64,000 nt of DNA, from the NCBI GenBank assembly GCA_937923485.1, contig CALDUE010000095.1, positions 619-64,618 on the forward strand, written 5' to 3'. A program made the translations under genes and the position numbers. Origin of the DNA: an uncultured Saprospiraceae bacterium. GTDB taxonomy: Bacteria > Bacteroidota > Bacteroidia > Chitinophagales > Saprospiraceae. Below are positions 9,156 to 20,400 of the stretch, one piece after another. The first letter of the stretch is position 1. Every line of letters starts with the position of its first letter. Under the pieces are notes generated by a model, which was given only the letters and a program-made list of their open reading frames with translations, was not told where the DNA came from and searched no databases.

Positions 9156-10124
9156 ATGAAAACCTTATGGATTTTCTTACTATTGATTCTTAGTATTGCA
9201 TGCCTCGTTGGAGCCTACTATCTGCTGCCTAAGATAAAACCTCAGCATGCGAAGATGAGTAAAGTTGTCAAGCCCGTATACCCACAGGAACTTGACACTT
9301 TAACCTTGCCCGCACTGTCGGGGGCTACCTTTAAAAGTGTTGCCTTAGAAGAAGATGTTCAGCCTGGAGATACGCTAGGCTTTATTTTGAGAGATCGCTA
9401 CCAAGCGCTTCGTGATTCCTTATTTGCTTTCGCCAAAACAAGTAAATCAACGGCCAACTTCAGCCTCCTCCCAATTACCATCAGGGAAGAACTAAATGAA
9501 ATGATGCTCGAGGCGAAGAAGCCAACTCCACCTAATAAGTCAAAACCAGAGCGCAAATCACGCTATGCCGTGACTGGGATAGAAAGAGATTATCTGAGTT
9601 CCGAAATTATGGGAGCCGAGGATGCCTCTACGGAACTGATCGGTAAACTCAGCCACCTTGAAGATGCTGGCAGAGGAAACTCAACGGAAGCATTAAACAT
9701 TCGCCTTAAACTGACGGACAAGCAAGAGTTTATCACTTTAGCGAAAAGACGTCTAGCTGAACGGATAACCTACGAAAGCACATCTTCTTCAGCGGCTGCA
9801 TCGGTACAGGAGGCACCTGAGTTGACGGCGGCACAGCGCTTACGCATTTTAGCCTTATCCAAAGAGTTGCCTCTTGATACGCAACGTGTATTCGCACCGA
9901 TTGCAGGTAGGTATTATCGGCCAGATGAAGGCGTAGGTTACATCATAGCGGCCTCTTCGGGTCAAAAACGTCCAGACTTCAGTAGGAACAAGGAATCTGA
10001 AGACTCGGGATATATCCTAGAAGCACAAGGGAGTCCAGTGCTTTGGGGGAAGGCCCAGCGTAAGAACGATGAAGGCAATACTAATGAGCCTTCAGACAAT
10101 GAGCTGAGGGTTTCAGTAGACTAA
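9156..10124 (+). CDS. HlyD-like membrane-fusion protein, short and divergent
   Basis: 322 aa with an N-terminal TM anchor, split lipoyl-like halves (VALEEDVQPGDTLGFIL ... VFAPIAGRYY) and a helical middle. It lies 6 nt after the ABC-like gene. Confidence 0.5.
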   Translation: MKTLWIFLLLILSIACLVGAYYLLPKIKPQHAKMSKVVKPVYPQELDTLTLPALSGATFKSVALEEDVQPGDTLGFILRDRYQALRDSLFAFAKTSKSTANFSLLPITIREELNEMMLEAKKPTPPNKSKPERKSRYAVTGIERDYLSSEIMGAEDASTELIGKLSHLEDAGRGNSTEALNIRLKLTDKQEFITLAKRRLAERITYESTSSSAAASVQEAPELTAAQRLRILALSKELPLDTQRVFAPIAGRYYRPDEGVGYIIAASSGQKRPDFSRNKESEDSGYILEAQGSPVLWGKAQRKNDEGNTNEPSDNELRVSVD

Positions 10125-10132
10125 ACTGTGGA

Positions 10133-10172
10133 GCCAAAAAAAGCCGAACCTACTCGGAAGTAGATTCGGCTT
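10133..10172 (-). terminator. Terminator for lpdA between convergent genes
   Basis: The minus strand reads AAGCCGAATCTACTTCCGAGTAGGTTCGGCTT followed by TTTTTTTGG. Confidence 0.65.
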
Positions 10173-10196
10173 TAGAGGGTTAATAGTTGCGACAGA

Positions 10197-11594
10197 CTAG
10201 AGGTGGATGACCTCGTCGTACGCTGCGGCGGTTGCTTCCATCACAGCCTCACTCATGGTAGGGTGTGGGTGAACGGCCTTAAGCATTTCGTGTCCTGTCG
10301 TTTCAAGCTTGCGCGCAACAACGATCTCGGCGATCATTTCAGTAACGTTGGCTCCTATCATGTGAGCACCAAGTAACTCGCCGTATTTCTTGTCGTAGAT
10401 TACTTTGACAAACCCTTCTTTCACACCAGCAGCACTGGCTTTTCCAGAAGCTGAGAATGGAAATTTACCAATGCGTAAGTCATAGCCTGCTTCGCGTGCG
10501 CTTGCCTCGGTGTGGCCTACGCTTGCAATCTCTGGTACACAGTAAGTACAGCCTGGAATGTTTCCGTAATCCATCGGCTCAGGAGAATGTCCTGCAATTG
10601 CTTCAACACAAATGATCCCTTCAGCACTTGCAACGTGCGCGAGAGCAGGTCCTGGAGTGATATCGCCAATTGCGTAGATTCCTTCTACGTTGGTGCGATA
10701 CATCTCGTCGACGATGATTTCACCGCGCTCTGTTTTAATGCCAAGCTCTTCAAGACCAATGTTTTCTGTGTTTGGAGCAACCCCAGCAGCGGAAAGTACC
10801 ACGTCGCAAGTAATGACGTCAGTCTTGCCTGTTTTGCGGTTCTTGACGTTTACCTTGATTTGCTTGCCCTTAGTGTCGACAGACTCGACGCTGGTATTCG
10901 CAAGTACGTCGATGCCAGCCTTCTTGTAAATCTTAGTTAGCTCCTTAGAAACATCGGCATCCTCACGAGGCACCAGACCAGTTTCCATGTATTCAACAAC
11001 AGTCACCTTCGTGCCGATACTTCCATATACGTAGGCGAACTCAGTTCCGATGGCGCCAGCGCCAACGACAACCATTGATTTTGGCTGCTTAGCGAGCGTC
11101 ATTGCCTTGCGGTACTCGATTACTTTTTCTCCGTCGATAGGTAAGTTAGGGAGCGCTCTGGCGCGTGCACCCGTAGCTACAACGATGTGTTTCGCATCAT
11201 ATGTAGTGGCCTTTCCTTTCGCATCTGTGACTTCGACTTTCTTGCCTTTGACAAGTTTGCCTGAGCCCATGAGGACATCAACCTTGTTCTTTTTGAGGAG
11301 AAACTGAACGCCTTTGTTCATCCCATCGGCTACGCCACGGCTACGCTTAACCATACCGCCCCAGTCAGCAGTTGGTTTGCCTACTTTGATACCGTATTGA
11401 TCGGCGTGCTCGATATAATTAAATACCTGAGCACTCTTAATAAGTGCTTTGGTAGGTATACAACCCCAATTGAGGCATATCCCGCCAAGAGATTCTCGTT
11501 CTACGACGGCTGTTTTAAGGCCTAATTGACTTGCGCGAATGGCTGCTACGTAGCCGCCAGGTCCTGTTCCGATGACGATTAAATCGTACTGCAT
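10197..11594 (-). CDS. lpdA: Dihydrolipoyl dehydrogenase (E3)
   Basis: GTGPGGYVAAIRA FAD motif and GGICLNWGCIPTK redox disulfide. Start set at MQYDLIVIG (11594) rather than 11702. Confidence 0.95.
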   Translation of the reverse strand: MQYDLIVIGTGPGGYVAAIRASQLGLKTAVVERESLGGICLNWGCIPTKALIKSAQVFNYIEHADQYGIKVGKPTADWGGMVKRSRGVADGMNKGVQFLLKKNKVDVLMGSGKLVKGKKVEVTDAKGKATTYDAKHIVVATGARARALPNLPIDGEKVIEYRKAMTLAKQPKSMVVVGAGAIGTEFAYVYGSIGTKVTVVEYMETGLVPREDADVSKELTKIYKKAGIDVLANTSVESVDTKGKQIKVNVKNRKTGKTDVITCDVVLSAAGVAPNTENIGLEELGIKTERGEIIVDEMYRTNVEGIYAIGDITPGPALAHVASAEGIICVEAIAGHSPEPMDYGNIPGCTYCVPEIASVGHTEASAREAGYDLRIGKFPFSASGKASAAGVKEGFVKVIYDKKYGELLGAHMIGANVTEMIAEIVVARKLETTGHEMLKAVHPHPTMSEAVMEATAAAYDEVIHL

Positions 11595-11870
11595 AAGAGT
11601 GGTTGTGAGTGTAGGGCAAATGAAGATCTGCATCTTAAAATGCGTAGAGCTCCATATGGTTTCTGGTGGCGAAAGTAGCATGCAAATCACAACCCACCGC
11701 AACGCAGGATATCCTCTTGGAAAAAGAGCAATTTAATCAAGCTGGATATAGGGATACACGGTGATTGATTTGAAGAAATGAGGTAAAAACTCCAAAAGAA
11801 TATTTAGAAATATCGAATATGTAATGGTTTGATATGATCTTACATGTCAACTGCTACAGGAAACTATAGG

Positions 11871-11907
11871 AAATAAAAGACCCCGAGGAAACTAATTCTT
11901 CCTCGGG
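11871..11907 (-). terminator. Rho-independent terminator after the lipoprotein gene
   Basis: CCCCGAGGAA-8 nt-TTCCTCGGGG, followed on the minus strand by CTTTTATTT. Confidence 0.6.
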
Positions 11908-11983
11908 GGTCCCACTACTTACTGATACATGCGCAAGGTGCATTACAGAATGCTTTTCCACACACGACAATGTGTCAGTTTTG

Positions 11984-12559
11984 TCATTTAATTTGGGTTA
12001 GATCTTGCTCATATACCACCTGCCAAGTAGTTCCTTCAGGAGTCGGAAGCTTGAAAAATCTGACGGTTAGGCCGGGTGCCAAATTTGCGGGTTGAGCGAT
12101 AGGGAAATTTGGAGGAAGCACCTCTAAAGCCCTCGCGTACTGCCCAAAGGCAAAATGACGGGGGTCTAAATTGCCATATCGCATAAATCTTTCGAGTGCC
12201 AAGCGACGAAAACTTGGCCATGATTGCACTGAATCTGGAACAGGAAGCTCGAAAGTTTGGATCAACGTGTCACACCCAGCCTGAATGATAGACAGTAATT
12301 CTCCTGTTTCAAATCGGACAAATTCCTGGCTATACTGTCCTTCAGGTAAAAATTTATGTTCATACACGCCGTTGTCGCCCGTCTTAAAAATTGGGCGAGG
12401 TTCTCCTGCGAGACATATACGATCTTCTTCAGCTTGAGCAGATTCACTCCCGCCACATCCCGATAGTAATAAACCAACTGCAAGGAGGGGAAGTATAGCC
12501 AGTGATTTCAGTACACAGCGTTCGGAAATCTGGATAAAGTTGTAGCGAAATTTTTCCAT
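11984..12559 (-). CDS. Hypothetical lipoprotein
   Basis: Lipobox LLLSGCGG after a hydrophobic leader. The ATG at 12559 is preferred over the TTG at 12571. No recognisable family. Confidence 0.55.
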   Translation of the reverse strand: MEKFRYNFIQISERCVLKSLAILPLLAVGLLLSGCGGSESAQAEEDRICLAGEPRPIFKTGDNGVYEHKFLPEGQYSQEFVRFETGELLSIIQAGCDTLIQTFELPVPDSVQSWPSFRRLALERFMRYGNLDPRHFAFGQYARALEVLPPNFPIAQPANLAPGLTVRFFKLPTPEGTTWQVVYEQDLTQIK

Positions 12560-12601
12560 GATCAACAACAATACGACAGGTTTAATACTTCAACAGATAT
12601 T

Positions 12602-13324
12602 ATGGAGAACCTTCAGAACAAAAACGTTGTCATCGCTGGAGCAACTGGCGGAATTGGTCACGCACTAGCTAAGCTTGTGAAAAACAGTAGAGCGAATGTC
12701 TATCTCACAGGTAGGGATGCCGAAGCGCTAAAAAGAGTAGCTAAGGATGTAGGTATTTCATCTGATCAGACCTATGTACTTGACATCACCAACCACTCGG
12801 AGGTTTTGGCGACAGCTGAACAAATAAACCAAGCCACAGGAGAGCAGGGTGTAGATATTCTAGTCAATGCCACAGGGGTTGGGATCATCAAACCTTTAGA
12901 TGACTTAACCTTCGAAGACTTTTCGAACTCCTTGGATGTCAATTTAAAGGGCGCATTCAGTCTTCTCAAAGGATTTGTGCCAGGCATGAAAAAGCGCAAG
13001 CAAGGACTTATAATCAATCTACCCGGCGTACTCGGTAAGACCCCAATGACAGGTGCTTCAGCTTATGCAGCGAGTAAGTACGGCTTGAATGGAATGCTAA
13101 AGAGTGTGCGCGAAGAACTCAAAAGAACTCAAGTTAGAATCACGAACTTATACCTAGGTGGGACGGATACCGCATTCTGGGATACCATCGACATGCGCGT
13201 GCAACGAGACAAGTTTGTAACCGCAGATGAAGCCGCGCGATCAATTTGGTTCTTGTGCCAACAGCCGTCGAGTGGGGTAGTGAGCGAGATGGTGCTCCAA
13301 CCGTTTAACCACCAAGCGATTTAA
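12602..13324 (+). CDS. SDR-family oxidoreductase
   Basis: GATGGIG cofactor motif and YAASK catalytic motif. Confidence 0.9.
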   Translation: MENLQNKNVVIAGATGGIGHALAKLVKNSRANVYLTGRDAEALKRVAKDVGISSDQTYVLDITNHSEVLATAEQINQATGEQGVDILVNATGVGIIKPLDDLTFEDFSNSLDVNLKGAFSLLKGFVPGMKKRKQGLIINLPGVLGKTPMTGASAYAASKYGLNGMLKSVREELKRTQVRITNLYLGGTDTAFWDTIDMRVQRDKFVTADEAARSIWFLCQQPSSGVVSEMVLQPFNHQAI

Positions 13325-13402
13325 TCCGTAGTACTAGGTAGCCGACGAGTTATTACCTGACATTTAGTAGGAATAGTAGCTTGCGGCCACTTAGTACTTC
13401 TT

Positions 13403-14842
13403 ATGGCCGATTCTCCACCACCACCACCTTCTGATGACTCTATCGAGCAAAGCCCAGTTGAAACGGGAAGAGTCATTAAAGGTGTCTTAGCGCGTTTCTT
13501 GAGTGCAAGGTTTGACCTGCACGAAGACGCTGCTTATGAAGGACAGACTTTAGAGAGCGTTAGAAGAGGTGTTCCTTTCAAAGGGGCGAACCTTTGGATT
13601 CTGATGTTTGCCATCCTTATATGTTCTATCGGTCTGAATGTCAATAGTCCTGCCGTGGTCATAGGTGCGATGCTTATTAGTCCACTCATGGGGCCCATTT
13701 TGGGTATAGGCGTCGGCGTCGGAATTTATGACTTCGAACTCTTTTTAACCTCACTTAAGAACTTGGCAATCGCGACCATTATGTCGGTGGCGGTGAGTGC
13801 ACTGTATTTTTATCTAAGTCCGCTGAGTGAGGCGCAAAGTGAGCTACTTGCTCGTGTTTCACCTACGCTTTTCGATGTGATGATCGCCACATTCGGAGGC
13901 TTCGTCGGAATCATCGCGGTTTCGAGAAAAGAGAAGTCTAATGCACTACCAGGCGTGGCAATTGCAACAGCGCTCATGCCCCCAATATGCACGGCTGGAT
14001 ACGCGATCGCCTACCAAGAGTGGTTCTACTTCGCAGGTGCTTTATACTTGTTTTTTATTAATCTGGTTTTCATCTCCTTCTCAACCTTCATCTTGGTGAG
14101 GTTCATGCGTTTTTCACGCCACAGCTTTGTGGATGATGCGCAAGAACGTAAGGTGAAAATCTGGATTTACCTGCTTGTGGCCTTGGTCGCTGTTCCAAGT
14201 GTTTACACTGCTTACAATACGGTTCAAGATAGTGTTTTTAGAAATCGTGCGAAGCGATTTATTGAGGAAGAATGCAATTTCGAGGGGGCAGAAATCATTG
14301 CTCAAAAAATCAGCGGGAGCAGTAGAGATTCGAGTCGATTGATCGAACTTGTTCTTATTGGGCAGACTGTCTCTGATACCGAGATCAGTTATCTCCAAAG
14401 AGAGCTAGATGATCATGGATTGAAAGGTACGACCCTGCGCTTACTTCAAGATTCTGAAAACGAACCAGGGGTCACGTCGGCACAAATGGCCTTGTTGCAA
14501 GAGCAGAGTGCGATGAATGCCTTATACCAACGCAAATCAGAAGACCTGTCTGAAAAAGAGCAACACATTCTGGCCCTGAAAGAGCAGTTGTCTGCAAAGA
14601 CCAAAGACACGATAGCGATGACCGCCATTATAGATGAAGCGAGTGTTCTTTATCCAGAGGTTGAGGGCATAAGATTTGGTAGGTTACAGACCGTCGGGAA
14701 AAGCAAGGACACAATCCCTGAGCTGAAGGTTGGTGCAGCCTGGATCGTGCACAAGCAGCCTCTGTCGGACGAAAAGATTTCGTCGCTAAGTCGGTGGTTG
14801 GCTGTACGTACAAAAGTGGACACCGTCCTAATGTACAAATAG
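13403..14842 (+). CDS. DUF389-family membrane protein
   Basis: MLISPLMGPILGIGVG hallmark, multiple TM helices and a soluble C-terminal part. Confidence 0.8.
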   Translation: MADSPPPPPSDDSIEQSPVETGRVIKGVLARFLSARFDLHEDAAYEGQTLESVRRGVPFKGANLWILMFAILICSIGLNVNSPAVVIGAMLISPLMGPILGIGVGVGIYDFELFLTSLKNLAIATIMSVAVSALYFYLSPLSEAQSELLARVSPTLFDVMIATFGGFVGIIAVSRKEKSNALPGVAIATALMPPICTAGYAIAYQEWFYFAGALYLFFINLVFISFSTFILVRFMRFSRHSFVDDAQERKVKIWIYLLVALVAVPSVYTAYNTVQDSVFRNRAKRFIEEECNFEGAEIIAQKISGSSRDSSRLIELVLIGQTVSDTEISYLQRELDDHGLKGTTLRLLQDSENEPGVTSAQMALLQEQSAMNALYQRKSEDLSEKEQHILALKEQLSAKTKDTIAMTAIIDEASVLYPEVEGIRFGRLQTVGKSKDTIPELKVGAAWIVHKQPLSDEKISSLSRWLAVRTKVDTVLMYK

Positions 14843-14901
14843 GAGAAGGTTCTTTTCCACCCAGCATGCTATAGGTCGAATTCGGTTCGTTTCTTGGCGC
14901 T

Positions 14902-15696
14902 ATGCAGCAATATCTCGATGCGCTTTCGCATATTCTCGAAAATGGAGTAGACCGGCCAGACCGCACGGGTACGGGCACGCGGTCAGTTTTTGGACACCAA
15001 ATGCGCTTTGACCTTCAGCAAGGTTTTCCGATGGTGACGACCAAGAAATTGCACACCAAGAGTATCATTCATGAGCTATTGTGGTTTCTCAAAGGAGACA
15101 CCAACGTTAAGTACTTGCAAGACAATGGCGTTCGAATTTGGAACGAGTGGGCAGATGAAAACGGAGATCTTGGTCCTGTTTATGGCAAGCAATGGCGCAG
15201 TTGGTCTACTCCTTCCGGCAAAACCATTGACCAGATAGCCGAAGCTGTCGAAGCGATTAAGCATAATCCAAACAGCCGTCGCATCATCGTCTCAGCTTGG
15301 AATCCGGCGGATATCCCAGACATGGCATTGGCACCTTGTCATTGTCTTTTTCAATTTTATGTAGCCGATGGGAAATTGAGCTGTCAGTTGTATCAGCGTT
15401 CGGCAGATGTGTTTCTAGGAGTCCCGTTCAATATTGCCAGCTATGCACTGCTCACACACTTAATGGCGCAGGTCTGTGGCTTGGAGGCTGGAGATTTCGT
15501 GCACACATTTGGCGACTTGCACCTTTATCATAATCACTTTGATCAGGCTAAGCTCCAGCTTTCGCGAAAACCCAAGGCACTCCCACGATTAGCATTGGGG
15601 AAAGGAACTGGAAAAATAGATGGATTTTCCTTCGAGGACGTCCAAATCATTGGCTATGAGCATCATCCGATGATTAAAGCACCAGTAGCAGTCTAA
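14902..15696 (+). CDS. thyA: Thymidylate synthase
   Basis: 264 aa; RTGTGT, ALAPCH and DLHLYHNH motifs. Confidence 0.97.
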   Translation: MQQYLDALSHILENGVDRPDRTGTGTRSVFGHQMRFDLQQGFPMVTTKKLHTKSIIHELLWFLKGDTNVKYLQDNGVRIWNEWADENGDLGPVYGKQWRSWSTPSGKTIDQIAEAVEAIKHNPNSRRIIVSAWNPADIPDMALAPCHCLFQFYVADGKLSCQLYQRSADVFLGVPFNIASYALLTHLMAQVCGLEAGDFVHTFGDLHLYHNHFDQAKLQLSRKPKALPRLALGKGTGKIDGFSFEDVQIIGYEHHPMIKAPVAV

Positions 15697-15888
15697 AACA
15701 TCTACTTCTACCAGAAATCTACTAACGGGATAGTGTCTTTTCTTTGTAATCTTGCGCCGCTAAGACATAGCGAGAAAGTGTCACTGCTTGGAACCTATCT
15801 AAATAGGCAACGTAGGCAGGACATTTACTTTCAATTTCCGTTGAAACTTGGAGTACTCGCTATCTTCGCAGAACACCGAAGCGTCATT

Positions 15889-17343
15889 ATGATCACAGGT
15901 TTTTTACAACTAACCAAAACCGCTCGCTTGAGCCTGATTTTCAGTCTCTTAGCATCAGCGACATTCCTACTCTCTTCGCAAAACACCTTTGCGCAAGGAG
16001 AGTATATCGACGGGGCAGATGCTGCCGTTGGTAAAACGCTCTTCTCCAACAATTGTGCTTCCTGCCACAACAGGAACATGAAGGACAAGATGACTGGACC
16101 TGCTTTAGGCGAAGCAGAAGCGAATTGGGCAGAGTACGAGCGAGAAGAGCTTTATGCTTGGATTCGTGGTTCTCAAGCTTCAATTGCTGCTGGACAACCG
16201 CGAGCGAAAGCTCTTTGGGCTGAGTGGAAGCCTAACGTAATGACCAACTTCCCAAACTTGACTGATGTCGAGATTGAGTCGATGTTGCTTTACATCCACA
16301 ATGTCTACACTGGTGTAGGTGCTGTGCCTGCTGGTGGACTTGTGCCAGAAGCTGGTGAAGTTGTTGAGTCTTCAAACGTTTGGCTTTATAGCCTCCTTTT
16401 AGGAATACTCGTCATTCTATCATTCGTACTTACTCGGGTTATTAGCAACCTTAGGTACATGCAAGATGTCGCTGCTGGTAAGGATGTGAGACGTAAGACT
16501 TTAGTTGAGACATTAACTAGCCCTGGTTTCATTGCTTTCGTGGTTCTTGCAGGAATTCTCCTTGGAGGATACACGACCGTAAACAGTGCCATTGAGCTTG
16601 GACGTCAGCAAGGATACCAACCAACGCAGCCGATCAAGTTTAGTCATGCACTCCACGCTGGTAAAAATAAGATTGAGTGTCAGTATTGCCACGATGGAGC
16701 ACGCCGTAGTAAGCACTCTGTGATTCCTGCAGCGAACACCTGTATGAATTGCCATAAGGCCATTAAGAAAGGTCCTTCATATGGAACGGCAGAACTCACC
16801 AAGATCTACGCGTCTATTGGTTTTGACCCTAACACAGACAAGTACATCGAGAACTACGAGGAGATTTCTCGTGACTCCATCGAGAAGGTCTACAGAAAGT
16901 GGATATCAACTACTTTCCAAGAGTTGAATGCGAGTGCTACGAAGACAGAGGTTGACACAGAGACCGATGCACAGTGGAACGGTATCGTAGCTTCTCTCAC
17001 GAATGGCACGTACGACAACAAGATCGCAGGTCCAATCGAGTGGCCGCGTATTCACAACCTTCCAGACCACGCTTACTTCAACCACGCTCAACACGTGTCT
17101 GTAGGTAAGTTAGAGTGTCAGACCTGTCACGGTCCAGTACAAGAAATGGAAGAGGTTTATCAGTACAGCCCACTAAGTATGGGTTGGTGTATCAATTGCC
17201 ACCGTAAGACGCCGGTGCAGTTTGATGATAACCCCTACTACCAGAATTACGAGCAGTATCATAACGAGTTAGAAGCAGGAACTAGAGACAAAGTGACCGT
17301 CGAGGAGATCGGCGGACTCGAATGTCAAAAGTGCCACTACTAA
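15889..17343 (+). CDS. actA: Alternative complex III subunit ActA, multihaem cytochrome c with an extra N-terminal monohaem domain
   Basis: Six CxxCH motifs (CASCH, CQYCH, CMNCH, CQTCH, CINCH, CQKCH). Start set at MITGFLQ (15889). First gene of the act cluster. Confidence 0.85.
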   Translation: MITGFLQLTKTARLSLIFSLLASATFLLSSQNTFAQGEYIDGADAAVGKTLFSNNCASCHNRNMKDKMTGPALGEAEANWAEYEREELYAWIRGSQASIAAGQPRAKALWAEWKPNVMTNFPNLTDVEIESMLLYIHNVYTGVGAVPAGGLVPEAGEVVESSNVWLYSLLLGILVILSFVLTRVISNLRYMQDVAAGKDVRRKTLVETLTSPGFIAFVVLAGILLGGYTTVNSAIELGRQQGYQPTQPIKFSHALHAGKNKIECQYCHDGARRSKHSVIPAANTCMNCHKAIKKGPSYGTAELTKIYASIGFDPNTDKYIENYEEISRDSIEKVYRKWISTTFQELNASATKTEVDTETDAQWNGIVASLTNGTYDNKIAGPIEWPRIHNLPDHAYFNHAQHVSVGKLECQTCHGPVQEMEEVYQYSPLSMGWCINCHRKTPVQFDDNPYYQNYEQYHNELEAGTRDKVTVEEIGGLECQKCHY

Positions 17344-17418
17344 TTTGCTCCAAGTCAATATTGTCATTTCCCCTTTCAGCCCCGTGTTTTTCGGGAAGGT
17401 CTTCAAAACCGAAGCTGC

Positions 17419-20400
17419 GTGAGTAAGAATAATCAACCATGGGTTGGCCTCGGTCAACTCACCGACACAGAAACCTTCAACGAACAGGCGAAGGTCGAAA
17501 TGCCAGCACACTCGCTTGCCGACCAAGTCGGTCAGGCGGATGAAGTGGAAATGAAGTCTAATCGACGAGATTTCCTCAAGATGATGGGTTTCGGGCTAGG
17601 AGCGGCAACCGCCGCAGCAGCTTGTGACATCCCTCGTAAGTACGCGGTGCCTTACGTAACTAAACCAGACGCCATCGTGCCTGGTGTTGCTACGTACTAC
17701 GCATCTTCTTTCGTAAACGGTAACGACTTCTGCCCGATCTTGGTCAAGACCCGCGAAGGTCGTCCGATTAAGATTGAAGGAAACTCAGCGAGTGGCATGC
17801 TTGGTCATGGAACTACAGCACGAGCGCAAGCTTCTGTGCTTAGCTTGTATGACATCGAGCGTTTCCAGGGACCTATGAAAATGATCGATGGGAAACCAGA
17901 AACGGCTACATGGGAGGACGTTGATACAGCAATGGGCAAATTACCGTCTACTGCTAACGTCCATATCATAACGAATACAGTCCACAGTCCAAGCCTCAAC
18001 GCTGCGCTTGGTGAATTCAAGTCAGCTTATCCGAATGCTACTGTCGTTACCTACGACACAGCTACATCCTCTGCGGCTATTCAAGCAAATGCAGAGACTT
18101 TTGGAAAAGCTGTTCTTCCAAGCTATCACTTTGATAAAGCTGACGTAGTTGTCGGTATCGACTGTGATTTTCTCGGAACTTGGGTCTTCCCAAGTCTTTA
18201 CAGCTCACAGTACGCTAAGCGTCGTCGAGTTGTAAATCAATTGAAGCCAACGATGAACCGCCACTACCAAGTGGAGTCAACCATGACGTTGACAGGTTCT
18301 AATGCAGACCACCGCGTGCGAGTAAAGCCTAGTCATATTGGTCAGGCTATCATCGAGTTGCACAACCAAGTGGCATCTCTCACAGGTGGATCAAGCGCAG
18401 GATCTGCTCGTATCGGAGCTGACGAGAAGAAGGTTTTGGCGACAGCTGCAAAAGATCTTGTTGCTGCACGTGGGAGTTCACTTGTTGTCTCTGGAAGTAA
18501 TAACCTCGCTGAGCAAAAATTGGTCAACTCGATCAATGCAATGCTCGGTGCTTATGGAAAAACAATAGACTTCTCTCGTCCGACAAAGCTTCGCCAAGGA
18601 GTTGACAAGGATATGCAGAAGAGTATTGCTGCAATGGCATCTGGAAGTGTTGACGCGGTCATCTTCCACGGTGATGTCAACCCTGCATTTGACTACCCGC
18701 AGGCAGATCGCTTCGCAGCGGCTCTTGCTAAAGTTCCAATGAAACTTAGTCTTGCGGGTAGCAATAATGAAACTACTGCAATGTGCGACATGGTCGCTCC
18801 TGATCACCACGTGCTCGAGAGCTGGGGTGATGCTGAGCCGATCGGAGGGGTGTACACAGTGATTCAGCCGACGATCCACCAGCTGTGGAATACACGTCAA
18901 GCCGGACATAGCTTCCTCACATGGGCAGATAGCGGTGCGCTAGACACCACAGCGGAGCAACCTTACCTAGACTTCATTCGCAATGTTTGGGAAGGAGCAA
19001 CTTTCCCAGCACAAACTAGATTTGCAAGTTTTGAGTCTTTCTGGGATTCTACGCTTTCAGAAGGTGTTTTTGTAGCTGGACCAACTTACGGTTCGGAAAG
19101 CATGACTGGTTTTAGCGGAAGCGCAAGTGCTTCAGGTGTCAGAAAGCCAGCAGCTGATGGAGTCGTTGAAATGGCGATGTACGAGTCTGTGGCCGTAGGT
19201 CATGGTCAGTATGCTGGAAACCCTTGGTTACAAGAAGTTCCAGATCCTGTAACACGTACATGTTGGGGTAATTACCTACAAGTGCCTGTTACCTATACGC
19301 ACGGTCACAACTACGAAGTCTTTAGAGAACTCAACAGCGATGAGCTGAAAGGTAGAACCGATAAAGTAAGCGTTACTGCACGTGAAGCGACTGCAGAACC
19401 TACCTGTGTCATCCAATTCGGAATGGCAACAGATACGGTTGGAATTGCAACTGGGTATGGTCGTTCAGTAATCGGAAAATCTGGTCAAGGTGTAGGTGTA
19501 AATGTCTATCCATGGGCTTCGATTGATGGAGACGGTAACCGCCAGTACTACGCAACAGACGTAGAAGTAAGTGAAGCGATTGATCAAGATGATCGCTTTG
19601 CAATCGTACAGTACCACCACACCATGGGTGTAACTGGTAAGGACGATGGAGAGCCAGTTGTAGTTGACGAGGAACGTACCATGTTCAATGGGTATGGCGG
19701 AATCGCCAAAGGCTACAAAGGCAACTTGACTGAACGTTCTATCATTCGCACCGCCGACCTAGCTGAAGTTGAGACTTTCGTTACAGAGCTTGAACATGAG
19801 CGCGAGCACCATCAAAAACTCAATAGCTACTCGCTCTACGACGGACACGACGAGCAGTATAAGATGGGCCACCACTGGGGCATGTTCGTTGACTTGAACT
19901 CTTGCACAGGTTGTTCTGCTTGTGTAGTCGCTTGTATTTCTGAAAATAACACACCGGTAGTAGGTAAAAACGAAGTAGCTCGTCACCACGAGATGACTTG
20001 GTTACGTATTGACCGCTATTACTATGGTGATGTAGACAACCCACAGGTTGTTTATCAGCCGATGATGTGCCAGCACTGTGATAACGCTCCTTGTGAGAAC
20101 GTGTGTCCAGTAGCTGCAACCAACCACTCTTCGGAAGGTCTCAACCAGATGACCTACAACCGTTGTATTGGAACACGTTACTGCGCGAACAACTGCCCTT
20201 ACAAGGTTCGTCGCTTCAACTGGATGGATTACACTACTGCCGATATCTTCATTGGTAACGAGCCAGGCTTGATGGAAGACAGTATTGTTCCAGTGGGTGG
20301 TGATCAGCCATTTGGTGCTGATAACCTTACGCGTATGGTACTCAACCCTGATGTAACTGTACGTAGTCGTGGTGTCATCGAAAAATGCTCTTTCTGCGTA

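Noticed and set aside
11595-11702. Extended lpdA start, and similar extended starts at 15733, 33265, 36531, 41470, 53996 and 54990
   Set aside because: The extensions precede well-conserved N-termini or signal peptides and often overlap neighbouring genes. Internal ATG starts fit the protein families better.
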